Shown: positions 46,684 to 58,358 of the stretch, piece by piece
How the letters are laid out: the number at the start of each line of letters is the position of its first letter
How positions within the stretch are numbered: the stretch's first letter is position 1
DNA from: Felis catus
Lineage: Eukaryota
DNA length: 64,000 nt
Assembly (NCBI RefSeq): GCF_018350175.1
Contig: NC_058368.1
Span: forward strand, 232,936,001 to 233,000,000
Direction: 5' to 3'
Position numbers and translations under genes: made by a program
Notes under the pieces: model-generated
Databases searched by the model: none
What the model was told of the DNA's origin: nothing
The model's input: only the letters and a program-made list of their open reading frames with translations

Positions 46684-48424
46684 GGATCCTGCTTCTATGG
46701 ATATTAACATGACACAACTCTCGTCCCTCCCCTTTGAGAGAGGCTTGTTTAACCCTTGTTCCCAGCTACATCAAAGCCGCAACCTTCCCCACACGTCCAG
46801 ACTTGCTCTTTTCTGCGGCCTCGACACACTGTGTGCTTCTGCTTACATAGCGCTTTCCTTGTCTACCCCTCCCCTCAATCCGTCTGGTGCTTTTCCAAAG
46901 CATCTCAAGTGTTACACCCTAAAGGAAGCCTCTCTTAGCCCTGTGGCTCAGAGCCTCTGTGTTTTGCAATCAGGAGTTTACTCGGTCCGGCGGGGATGCC
47001 ACCATCAGGAGCACACCCCAGGATGCACAGCCTGGACCCTGCGTGGTGACACCCAGCAGGTACGCAGCACAGTAAGACTGCAGTCAGAGCCATACCGGCA
47101 TTTCAGGATTTGTTTTCTATTTTAACCCACCTCAACTTCCCTCCGTTTGCCTTCACAAAGACGTTTCTTACGACCTGACTTCTAGTTGACAGAAGAAGAA
47201 TAATGAAGAAGACTTCATTATTCCCAAGTACAATTTACTGGCTTACTTTTCTTGGTTCTAGTTATTTTTACAGCATTACAATTCATTTCTTTTGGAAGAG
47301 CTAGTCTTAAAAGCTTATTCTTTTTAAGAAAACAAGTGTGAAACTAGTGGAAGATCTTACACCGAGAATCTTTTATGTCCTACCTACACATCATCGGAAC
47401 TGGAATGATGCTTTCTTTATGTATGTACATATCTTCTGAAGACACGTAAGGGCTCGTTTCATCGTTTCATCGTTTTCTTGTTTTTCCCTTTTTCACTATC
47501 CCCTTATGGAAATTTCTGATTGTGCTGTCTCCAGGATTATTGCAAATTCTACCAGTATCATTAAAACTATGTTTGAACCCTTTTTTTTTTTTTATAATAG
47601 TTACTTATTTCATAGATTTTAGCATTCCCGGAACTATTTTCACTATTTTCTGAATCATTTTGTTAATCTATATGAGGAATTTAAAAGAAATCCTGAATTT
47701 TTTCACTTTTCACTCAGAGTTGGCCTAAAGACATCCCCACAAATAGTCAACAAAGACGTAACATTTCTCAACTATCAAGGTAGGGAACAACGAACCGAAG
47801 CCATTTTTCATAACAAAACAAAAAAAAAAAAGAAAAAGTGGAAAATAAGTTTTGAGATGACACCATAGGAAGTGCAAGCATACCTACCACGCTTGTTTAA
47901 ATTAATCCAACTGGAAATATTGTTTAAAGAAGAATTTTTCACACTACCTGATGGATCTGGAACAGAAACCCATGCATTTTGTTTTGAAATAAGACTATCT
48001 TCATGGCTTTTTCCCACATAACTCCATCTTCGCCCCGCCTTCACCTTGGTGGAGGGAACTGGTGCATTCGTTAGTTTACATTAGTTTGGGGTGATACGGT
48101 CACATGATACGATACATACACACACAGACCTATGCCTTAGAGTGGAAAATTCTTTCTTAGAGCTCATGGTATTCCGTTGCATGCTGAGTTCGCTTGTTTA
48201 ATCCTTGGTTGATGAACATTTATGTTTCAATCATTTTCCCATTACAGACAGTGCTGCAGAAGATAATACTGCGTGTATGCCATTTCACATGTATGTAAGA
48301 GTCCCTGTGGACTAGTCTCAGAACTGAAATTATTTGATGAAAGGCTATGTGCGTTTGTAAATTTAGTATATATTTCCAGATTGCTACCATCAAAATAGAA
48401 CTGTATGTCTATGTCTCTATTTAC

Positions 48425-48446
48425 CTATCTATCTATCATCTATCTA

Positions 48447-48490
<44 letters not shown>

Positions 48491-48530
48491 ATCTATCATC
48501 TATCTGTCATCTATCTACCTATCATCTATT
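48425..48530. repeat. (TCTA)n / GATA-type tetranucleotide microsatellite, imperfect
   Basis: Direct inspection. Confidence 0.93.
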
Positions 48531-48717
48531 GCCATCAGCAATATAAGACTGGTTGGCTTTTTAAAAGGGGTTTTGAACTTTCATAGTGAAAGGAATGGTT
48601 GAAACATTTTCCCTTCCCAGGGCCTCTGTCAGGGTCTGTGGTCGAGGGGAAGAGGACAATGAGGGGAGAAGTGAGTGCGTGAAATCCCCTGTGCAGAAGT
48701 AAGACTTACAAAGCTTA

Positions 48718-48837
48718 TTTAATTATTTTTTTAAAGATTTCATTTTTAAGTAATATCTACACCCAACATGGGGCTCAGACTCACAACCCCAAGATCAAGA
48801 GTCACATGCTCTACCAACTGAGCCAGCCAGGCACCCC
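48718..48837 (-). mobile_element. Short tRNA-Lys-derived carnivore SINE
   Basis: Perfect 17-bp TSD AAGACTTACAAAGCTTA at 48701-48717 and 48838-48854. Confidence 0.93.
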
Positions 48838-48868
48838 AAGACTTACAAAGCTTAAGACATTATTTATT

Positions 48869-49113
48869 GGGGTGCCTGAGTGGCTCAGTCAGTTGAGTAT
48901 TCAGTTCTTGACTTCTGCTCAAGTCATGATCTCACGGTTCATAAGTTTGAGCCCCACATCAGGCTCCATGCTGACAGTGTAGAGCCTGGTTGGGATTCTC
49001 TCTCCCTCTCTCTCTGCCTCTCTCTCTCTCCGGCCCTCCCCTGTGCTCTCACTTTCTCTCTCTCTCTCAAAATAAAGAAATAAAGTTTTTTAAAAAATAA
49101 TAAAATAAAAAAT
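48869..49113 (+). mobile_element. CAN-SINE
   Basis: Full head, CT tract and A-rich tail; head-to-head with the previous SINE. Confidence 0.94.
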
Positions 49114-49249
49114 AAAATGCTATTCATTGCCCAGTAATACTCCTGACTCTATTTAACTTGATTGTGTGCTGAGTTTGGTCTGTACATTAAAAGTTGCATG
49201 TTCTAAAATAACACCAAACATGTTTCTATGGGATATATATTGTGAATTC

Positions 49250-49525
49250 AACTTTTAATTTTAAAATAGCTTTAGGGTTCATGAGAAAGTTGCAATTTTA
49301 CAAAAATTGCACAGAGTACACAGTTTCTATAAAGTCTGCATTGTTCCCCTATTATTAACATCTTTCATTCCTATTTGCATTTGTTAAAATTATTGAGCCA
49401 ATATTGATACATTATTAATACCTAAAGTCCATACATATTAAAGACTTCTTTAGTTTTTGCACTTTGTTGTTTGTTGTTATTTTTTTTTTCCTGTTCCAGA
49501 TACTCCATCCAAGGTACCACATTCC
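49250..49525 (-). mobile_element. L1MC-like 3' end remnant
   Basis: TTCCCCTATTATTAACATCTT..GAGCCAATATTGATACATTATTA..CTAAAGTCCATA. Confidence 0.7.
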
Positions 49526-49622
49526 CATCCACCTTGATACTTCTTTAAATAACTTGTCACCCTCCAGATTCCTCATTCCGAAATCTCCTTTTCTGCCGAT
49601 GACCCACTTCTCAGATGAAGGA

Positions 49623-49947
49623 TTCTATGGTTTCTGTGTTTGTGTCCCACCAAACTCACATGTTCACAAGCCCATGGTGACAGTACCAGAACGTGGGCCT
49701 TTGGGAGGTGACTAGGTCACTAGAGCCTGGGCTTGGTGCCCTTATGAAAGTGCTCCTGGAGAGTTAGCCCCTTCTGCCACGTGAGGGCACAACCTGAAGC
49801 CTGTGACTCAGCAGAGGGCCCTCCCCTGTCTGTGCCGGTGTCTTGACCTTGGCTCTCCAGCCTCCAGAACTGTGAAGAATAATTGATGTTTCTTATAAAC
49901 TACCCACCCTGTGGTAGTTTGTTCTAGCAGACCGACAGAGGAAGACA
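49623..49947 (+). mobile_element. MaLR solo LTR (MLT1A-like)
   Basis: CTATGGTT..TGTTTGTGTCCC, GGGCCTTTGGGAGGTGA, CCAGCCTCCAGAACTGTGA, terminal AAGACA; 5-bp TSD AAGGA / GAGGA. Confidence 0.85.
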
Positions 49948-49949
49948 GA

Positions 49950-50513
49950 GGACTGTTTTTCCCCCACACCCACCGTCCCTGAGGGTCAGGATAAGGCATT
50001 AAGCTCCCCCTTGCTTCCGTGTGCTGCCTCCAGACCATCACTCCGTCTCCAGCTTTCACGAGCCCTGCCCCTGCGAGACTAACACCATTGATCAGCCCTA
50101 CCCCCTCCTCATTGCTTCCAGCACTCTTCTCTTGGCCACTTCATTCATTAAGAATTCTAGCTTCTGGATCACTGGCTTCGTCTGTATTCCTACATCTACA
50201 TCATGTGTCCTACTTACATCCCCGCATGATCCTTGGATTTCAACAGCCACACAGATGTGCCACCCATGATCTACATGGATATGCTGTTCACACCTTGACC
50301 TTGAAGCTCCATGCCTCGTCAAGTTCCATGACCTTTCTTACAATGAGCTTCGGCAACTCTCTCCAAGAGTCTTCCATCAGAAAATAACCAGTTTGGGGGC
50401 ACCTGGGTAGTTCAGTCTGTTGAGCATCCAACTTTGGCTCGGGTCATGATCTCATGGTTTGTGGGTTTGAGCCCCCTGGCTTTGAACTGACAATGTGGAA
50501 CCTGCTTCTCTGG

Positions 50514-50563
<50 letters not shown>

Positions 50564-51855
50564 AAATCAACATTAAAAAAAAGAAAATTATCAATTCTGA
50601 CATTTCACTCCCCAACCACCAGTTTCTAACCACAAACAAATTTTAGCTAACGATATTCCACTGGGAACATTCTGGGCCTTAATGTCATTTTTAGCTCACT
50701 CAACCTTTCATCTCCTCACTATCCCTTTGGCCTTCCGTTCCTTCATTATACAACTCAGGGTCATCATTAACATCCTTCATCTTCTATCAACGCCCGTCCC
50801 TCTCTTTTCCTGCCTGGTACTTGAGTGGCAACCCTCCGGCCTGAATGAACATTTCCATTTTGGTACCTGCATCCTTCTTGGGAGCAGCGAAACATTGTGA
50901 GAGAAAAGGCCACAACCTGTCAGCTGGGTATCCCTGAATGTCTTCATCTCAAATTGCACATGGGCACGATTACCTTGTGCATCTACCTTCATCTATTCTC
51001 CTCGGTTTTCCCCTCTTGTAGGTGGGATTTCACAGATTTTCCTTCCTCACACCCCTGGTCGATAACCTTGCCTCATACTCTACAGAATGAATAATGGTCA
51101 CCAGATGGGAGACCTGTTCCTCTTCCTTCCCAACCCATAAACCTGCCCACATTTGCAACCCTCTTCCTCTCTCCTCCCATAACAACTGATGAACTGGTTC
51201 TTCCTTTATCAGAAACCAATACTCCCGGGTGTGCCATAGGTCCCATCTCTTCTCAACATGGTACTTCCCCTTTGGCCGTCCTCTCTTTCCTGTGTCAGCA
51301 GTCTCCACACTTTTCCAGGTTATTCCTGATGGCTTTGTAAACGTGCTCTAGTACCGTCCTCTATAAACAAGATGAAACAAAGCCCCACATCTCCCCTGGC
51401 CATCTATCCCTTTGCAGACCCATTTGCTCTACCCCCTCCTGGCTAAGTTTCTCTAAATAGTCGTCTCCACGGGTCTCCCGTGCTTTTGCATCTTCCATTG
51501 GTTCCTCAACTGACCACCATCCGGTGTGTGCCCTTCCTGCTTCTTGAAAATTATTCTTTTCAAGACAGTCTCCACGTTGCTCTACAATGGTGGCTTTTTG
51601 GTTTTCACCTCACTGCAACTGACCCTGCTAACGGTCTTTTTCTCTTGGCCTCTGTGACATCACTCCCTCTTGGTTCTAGGATGTTTTTTTTGGGGGGGGA
51701 GGGCTCCCTACTTACTGTTCAGGATCGTCTTCATCTACTCCACCTTTAAATGATGAAGTTGAAAGGCCCCGTCTTGGATCATTTGCTCTTCTCCCTTGAA
51801 AGTAATTCTTTTCCTAGACGACAGCCTCCATTTCCAAGGACTCAGATCATACCTC
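49950..51855 (+). mobile_element. Long L2 LINE remnant
   Basis: Degraded L2-like motifs (CACACCTTGACCTTG, GAGAGAAAAGGCCACAACC, CTCCACGTTGCT, TTTAAATG..GGCCCCGTCTTGG). Confidence 0.65.
50395..50581 (+). mobile_element. CAN-SINE with internal deletion
   Basis: Degenerate TSD AGAAAATAACCAGTT / AGAAAATTATCAATT. Confidence 0.92.
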
Positions 51856-51869
51856 TATGACTCTGGCTG

Positions 51870-51962
51870 CATTTTACCCCCACGGAAGTTTTTCCCCAGT
51901 AAATTTCTTGCACATCCAATCCCATCCTGGAACCTACTTCTTAAAGACCCCGAACAAACCCA
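51870..51962 (+). mobile_element. ERVL-class LTR 3' fragment
   Basis: AGTAAATTTCTTGCACATCCAATCCCATCCTGG..TTCTT..AGACCCCGAAC resembles ERVL LTR ends. Confidence 0.45.
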
Positions 51963-52613
51963 AGAGGCAGGAGAGCTATTTATTTGTCCTCAACGAAGTT
52001 CCGATTACTCAGACCTTAAGAAACACCATTGGAATCTTAGCGAAAGGATGGATTTTAGGGACCTCTCATGGTGGGGGCTCGGGGAAGCAGGCTGCTACAG
52101 CTTGGCTGAAACGACAGAGGCAATGTGAGTCACGTTACGCTCACACACTCTTGTGTGAGGAACACAACACACACTGGTGAGCCACACAGGCTCCAGTGAG
52201 CAAGTACAGCCAAGGGAAAAATGCATTTGGAGGGAAGAAACCATTTTTCCACATACTGGGTTTTAAGGCATCATTGGGAAGAACAACATATGTGTCTTTG
52301 AAAATGCAAAGGAGCTGAAATCTGGGTGCAACAGAGAGCACAGATCACCGTGAGCCCCTAAGTTTAAGGCGTTGGTGCCACACCTGGATAGTCGGTGGGG
52401 GAGGGAATGGAAACACTTGTTTCTTCGTGGGAAAGTCACAACTCAAGATTTAGCATTTCAGGCTGCTGCCACAGCAATTTCCTAAATGTTCACCAAAGCA
52501 GCAACACGCCTGGATGTCAGACTGGGGAGAATTAGAATTGGAATTTGATTTCTTTGGACTTGTAACTTGCAAGTACAAAATGCTTGCAACTAATCTAAAG
52601 AAACTGAATTCTA

Positions 52614-52849
52614 GGGGCGCCTGGGTGGCTCAGTTGATTAAGTGTCGGACTCTTGGTTTTGGCTCAGGTCATGATCTCAGGGTTCATGAGTTTGAGTCCC
52701 GGGCTAGACTCTGCCCTGAGAGGGCAGAGCCTGTGTGGGATTCTCTCTCTCCCTCTCTCTCTCTGCCCCTCCCCTACTCATTTGCATGCATTCTTGCTCT
52801 CTCGCTCTCTCTCTCTCTCTCAAAAATAAATAAATAAACTTAAAAAAAT
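52614..52849 (+). mobile_element. CAN-SINE
   Basis: Degenerate TSD AAGAAACTGAATTCTA / AAGAAATGAACTTCTA. Confidence 0.95.
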
Positions 52850-54719
52850 AAGAAATGAACTTCTAAGGGGATTTTAGCCTTAAACTCCAAGGTCTCTGTG
52901 AAAGTTGTAATAATAATGGGAGGGGCTGAATCCTGAAATTCAGGATTTAGATTAGAATTCAGGATTTCAGGATTAGAATTTTATCATGGAAATGCCTCTA
53001 GGTTTTACTGTTGCAGTGTCTTAATGTTGTCATTGGATATCTTTGCAGAACCACTGATGGACTACTTTGCACATGACATTTGGGACAGGAAGTTGAATAT
53101 GGAGTGCTTCTTAGTTTTTGGATCAGAATAGCCCTGAAGTCATTTTAGTTCTTGGATTCAGTCCTACTTCAGGGAGTCAGAAGGGGCAAATCCGTGCTGC
53201 CCATCCGTGTTTCCATGGAACGTCTAAAGGAGTTACATTAAGAGACAATGTTGATGTTAGGGCAGTGGGCTTGTGACATGGGAGTAGGGTTGTTTTGGTT
53301 GACTGTCCCTTCACCCACGATGGAGGGCCACACCTGAGTCGCCACAGACATTTACACTGACTTCAACAATGTTGCGGGGAGGGATGTATAGACAGGGGGC
53401 GGGCAGTTCTTATCCACCCTTGGCGTTTGCTTTCACGTGAAGAGAAATTTCAGAGTAAGACTCACTCCCGGTTTCTCTCCATCACCTTCGTGAGTGCTCC
53501 TTCGCAGGAGAGTAGAAGTAACCTTTCTGAAGTGTGAGAAGGCAACCCCGTCAGAGGTACCCTCTCCCCTTTCTCTCCGGGTCTGCCTGCCTGCAGAGAG
53601 CAGCCACTCACCTCTGCCGCCCCTCCAGAGAGGCCTGTGGTGCCCCGGGTCCGCCTGCACCAGGATGGGAGGCCCAGGGGTCCTCTGAGAGATCCTGCTC
53701 CATCCCAGGCGCACTCTCAGCACCTCGCTTCCCCGCGGGGGAAGTGTGAAAGTGTGTGTTCACAGCCGTCTTGCTCCCTGTGCTAACCAGGCACTGTCCC
53801 GCCCTCTCTGGAGGGAAGGACTGGAGCCTAGGGGCCCCAAAAGTTTGCTTGCTCAGTAGAGATCCGTGCTCCCTAACTCTTATATTGCACATATCACCGA
53901 AGGGAATTAATCTAAGAGGAGGCCCCCATGCACCTGGGCTCGGAGAACTGGTAGAATTACTAGAAATGCTGAGTGAATTATCCTAAGGAGCTTTATGGCT
54001 TCATGGAGGAAGGATTTAAAACCAGTGTCATTATGTAGGAAAGAGTTCAGAACAAATATGGCAATGCCTTCTTATTACGTGTTATCTAAGTGACAGTGAT
54101 TTGCAAGACCTTGCATAACATCTGACATGAGAAGTGAAAGGGATTTACTGTACTGGTTTAAAACAAGGCTTTATGTTGTTTTATTTATTTCCTTAAACAA
54201 TGTACCGGAAAGGAACGAATCATGTTTGGGGAGAATTGCCGCAGACTTTGGTCATAAAGGGGTTTTGTTTCACTGAATTGCTGAGAGATATTTTGAGACA
54301 TTTATTGCGGTAGTATTATCAGAAGTCACCTGTGATCCCACAGAGAGAATGAAGATCTCTGGAGCCCAGTTTGACGACAGCTCAAGGTGGTCACGACGCA
54401 GAGTGATTGCTCTGGTCTAAGGAGCGATAGGGACACAAATTAGCGGATAGCCTCGAATTGCCTCAGAATGTAGATGCAAGATCATCTCAATAAATCGCAT
54501 CAACTGCCCACCGGCCCACATTTTCTTGGCTCTATTAGCCATAGCAATATAACATTTCTACTCTCTTGGCCTTAAAAATCAACCAGGACTTAGCACTATT
54601 CCCACCTGTCGGTAATTCCAGAGTCGCAACTTGGATACAGAACTCATAATGTCCCCAATTTTGTTTCCAATCTCCAGAAGGGTTGGAATTTGAATAACTT
54701 CACATAAAGCCAGGGCAAA

Positions 54720-54850
54720 ATCTCCAGCTTCTCTCCTAAGCCGACCCTCTGGAATCCCACCAGAGATGGGCATCTTTCTTTATCAAACACGGCACAAGAC
54801 AACTCTGGGACATTTGGAAGGTTCTTGACCTCACAGTATTCGAAACCGCC
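54720..54850 (-). mobile_element. L3/CR1 LINE remnant
   Basis: Antisense AAGAACCTTCCAA..AGAGTTGTC..TGCCCATCTCTGGTGGGATTCCAGAG resembles the L3 3' region. Confidence 0.4.
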
Positions 54851-55253
54851 GTGGATGTCGAGAGAGAGTGACCCCAAGTGGGACCCGGGCTCCGTGAAGA
54901 TAGCTGTGCTCTGAGGGTGGCCCAGGGCCCTTAAAAGTTTAACGGCAGTGACATTTTTAGATCAGGAGAGTGCTTCCTTGAAACGAAGAGCCTTTTTCTC
55001 CATTATTTTCCACACTGTGCATTCTTGCTTTGGGACGAAATACACACCTTCTTCATCTTCATAAGCCACACACTTGGTATGAATAAGGATAAATTTAACA
55101 TCCCAGAGGTTATGGTTTATGGCTCCTGAGTATAAAAAAAAATATCTTTAAAGAAGGAGAATGCCAAGCAGAATTACAGGTTTCCCGTGTGCGCTATCAT
55201 GAGAGAAGAAACTCCGCGCAAATTTTATTTTCTTTCATTTAAAAATAACATAT

Positions 55254-55483
55254 GGGGCGCCTGGGTGGCTTGGTCGGTTAAGCATCCGACTTCGGCTCAA
55301 GTCACGATCTCGCGGTCCGTGAGTCCGAGCCCCGCGTCGGGCTCTGTGCTGACGGCTCAGAGCCTGGAGCCTGTTTCAGATTCTGTGTCTCCCTCTCTCT
55401 CTGCTCCTCCCCTGTTCATGCTCTCTCTCTGTCTCAAAAATAAATAAACGTTAAAAAAAAAGTTTTTTAATAAATAAATAAAT
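55254..55483 (+). mobile_element. CAN-SINE (SINEC_Fc), CpG-rich
   Basis: TSD AAAAATAACAT at 55241-55251 and 55484-55494. Confidence 0.97.
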
Positions 55484-55565
55484 AAAAATAACATGATTTT
55501 ACAGAAGGGAAATTGCAGAGGATTTTTTATTAGTTTCTGCAAGTGAACCAAATGAAATGGACCAC

Positions 55566-55794
55566 TTTTTTTTTTTAATTCTTTTTTCCAACGTTTTTTA
55601 TTTATTTTTGGGACAGAGAGAGACAGAGCATGAACGGGGGAGGGGCAGAGAGAGAGGGAGACACAGAATCGGAAACAGGCTCCAGGCTCTGAGCCGTCAG
55701 CCCAGAGCCCGACGCGGGGCTCGAACCCACGGACCGCGAGATCGTGACCTGGCTGAAGTCGGACGCTTAACCGACTGCGCCACCCAGGCGCCCC
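55566..55794 (-). mobile_element. CAN-SINE, young felid variant
   Basis: CpG-intact; TSD-like GGACCACTTTT / GGACCATTCTT. Confidence 0.97.
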
Positions 55795-57490
55795 AGGACC
55801 ATTCTTAATGTACGTCCCGCTTAGCGCTTTTCCCCTCATGCCTCGGTTCCCCCCCTCCCCAGTGCCATATGATCCCGCGCTCACCTTGGACTTCAGGCTA
55901 GGGTCCCATCAGGTTGTAGGATTCACTGGAGTATGCTCATGTAGAAATGTGCCTAATGGGCTTGTGTGTGTCTGTTAGTTTCAGATCCACTTTGAATAGT
56001 GCGGGAACTGGAAACCCAACAAAATGGGGAAGAGGACGACCTCAAGCACTTTCCTCCGCAGGTATCAGCCCATTTGTCAGCATGTCTGGATGTGCTCGGT
56101 TACTCAGCTGGTTAGGGTACGGGAAGAAGGCACTGCAACCTGGTTCCCACGCAGATCAGAGAACTTCCCACAGACGCCCAGGCTGGTGCTGGCCCCAGAA
56201 GGCAAGGCAGGGCAGCCCAGGTGGAGAGAGCGGATCCATCATTTTCCTTTAATAAGAGGCCCCTTCAGAGAAGATGTGAGAAGAGTTGAGAGCTCGGCTG
56301 GCCAGGCCCAGCCACACCTCCAGCTCTCAAGGCTTTGTCTCTGCTGCGTGGTTTCAGTAAAAGGGCACCCGCTTCCTCCGATTTATTCTCAACATGGCAA
56401 CCTTCCCCACCGCCATTTTGATCAAGGACTTCGGTCGAATCACCCTTTACAGGGAAGGACCTCCCTAGATAAAGCTGACTCAATGTTTTCCTATCATGTT
56501 CAGTGTCAAATTCCAGAGCAGCCCCACTTTTCCCTGCGTGGCCCCTCTCCCTGCCTCCCTAAGGCGGTCTGGACAAACCCAAACCTCCACGAGTTCAGAA
56601 CTCACTTTGACTACCACACCAGCCCCGGGGTCCCACACATTAGGGGCTCTTTATTTCCTCATAAAAGCCTGACATTCACAATCAGGCAGTGAGGCTCCTT
56701 GTGACATTATTTCCACTCTCATTCCCCACTCTTGTTCCTACCTCCCCGTCTACCAGATCTCTGCTCCAAGCTCACGGGTCCTTTGGTGGCCCCTCAAGCA
56801 CATCCCCCCCCCACCACACTCCTGGGACAGGGGAGAATCATGGCGGGTGTGGTCGTGCCTTGACTGGTGTCACAAAGCTGACATACATGCAGCTTTGAGC
56901 CTGGGGACACCCCTTCTCAGGCGAGACAATTCTCTCCTGGGGTGGGACTGCGACCCATTCCTACTGGGAGCCATCTCTGCATCTCTGAGGGTGACGGTCC
57001 CACAGGGCTGGCTGCTGGTGGGGCATCACAGCGGGTGTCCACAGGCAGTTTCTGTGCTCTTGTGATGGGCACCACGGCCATCACCCTAAAAGCATATGTC
57101 CTATAGCCATCATTCTCAAAGCATAGCCCATAAGCTTGTGTTCAGGGACTTTTAGGCAGGAAGGATCAAAATGGATTTGCTGTCAAGTGTCCTCCGTCTT
57201 CTCCTGTGAGTTTTTTTTAATATTCTCAAAAGTTTAGGCCATGGGCACAATACATGCCCAGTGATTTCTAGTTTTGTGCGCACACACGTGCATGTGGAAA
57301 GCCCAGCCTGTGTTAAATGCTCAAACAATCTAAATCTGCAATTTAAATAGACCAGGTAATATTCAGATTCCATTCTCCACGCAAAGGCAAGATGAGCTCA
57401 TCAGCATAAATTAAGCATCTTTATCTTTGAGGAGGGCCTCATCATTTTAGGAACAAAAGTTTTAGTGGGTTAAAAGGTGATGTTACTTTT

Positions 57491-57651
57491 GGGGCGCCTG
57501 GGTGGCTCAGTCAGTTAAGTGTCTGACTGGCTCAGGTCGTGGTCCCTCAGTTCGTGGGTTCAAGCCCCGCGTCGGGCTCTGTGCTGACAGCTCAGAGCCT
57601 GGAGCCTGCTTTGGATTCTGTATCTCCCCCTCTCTCTACCCCTCCCCCATG

Positions 57652-57697
<46 letters not shown>

Positions 57698-57714
57698 AAA
57701 ATAAATAAACATTA
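57491..57714 (+). mobile_element. CAN-SINE (first of a head-to-tail tandem pair)
   Basis: Full SINE ending AATAAATAAACATTA. Confidence 0.95.
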
Positions 57715-57715
57715 T

Positions 57716-57890
57716 GGGGTGCCTGGGTGGCTCAGTCGGTTAGGATAAGTGCCTTATGGTCATGATCTTATGGGTGGATCTGTGAGTTCGAGCCCCCAGG
57801 CTGTCTGCTGTGAACACAGAGCTGGCTTCGGATCTTCTGTCTCCCTCTGTCCCTGCTCCTTCCCCCCAAGCCCCCCTCCTCAAAACTAAG
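57716..57890 (+). mobile_element. CAN-SINE (second of the tandem pair, more diverged)
   Basis: GGGGTGCCTGGGTGGCTCAGTCGGTTA head, GTTCGAGCCC B-box. Confidence 0.88.
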
Positions 57891-58071
57891 CTTTAAACAG
57901 CTATCTGTTTCAAGTTTCTGAGCCTGAGTAAATTTTTCTGAGCAAATTTTTTTATTATATGCTTATGGGAATATTAACTACTTCTGTGGTGGAAATCATA
58001 GCGGTCCTTTTACATGTTTTTAACTTTAATGATTACTACCCGAAGCATTTGAAGATCGGAAACCAGAATTT

Positions 58072-58358
58072 GGAGGAGCCTACGTGGCTCAGTCAGTGAA
58101 GCTTCCTACTCTTGACTTCAGCGCAGGGTCTTGGTCCTGATCGGGTCTGTGAGATGGACCCCTGAATGATGGGGGTCTGCACTGCTCACCTAGCGGAGCC
58201 TGCTTGGGATTCTCTCTCCCTCTCTCCACCCCTCCGGAGCCTGCTTGGGATTCTCTCTCCCTCTCTCCGCCCCTCTGGAAGATAGCACATACAGTATCTC
58301 TCCGTCTCTCTCTCTCTCTCTGTCTCTCTCTCTCTCTCTGTCTCTCTCTCTCTCAAAC
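58072..58358 (+). mobile_element. Diverged CAN-SINE with an internal 41-bp tandem duplication
   Basis: Degenerate TSD AAACCAGAATTT / AAATCTGAATTT; duplication at 58194-58234 and 58235-58275. Confidence 0.85.

Larger units (their letters stand above)
45130..46930 (+). mobile_element. L2 LINE remnant, interrupted by a SINE and an L1 fragment at 46322-46683
   Basis: C/T-rich L2-like text: CCTCCACCTTGTGCTC, CAGCAGGATTTGACCA..TGACC..CCCTCCTTCT, ACATGTCTAAAATGAAGCTC. Confidence 0.7.

Noticed and set aside
56024..56692. Longest ORF in the window (222 aa)
   Set aside because: No recognisable homology or domain; overlapping ORFs in other frames suggest stop-poor GC-richer DNA. A BLASTP or PhyloCSF signal would be needed to revive it.
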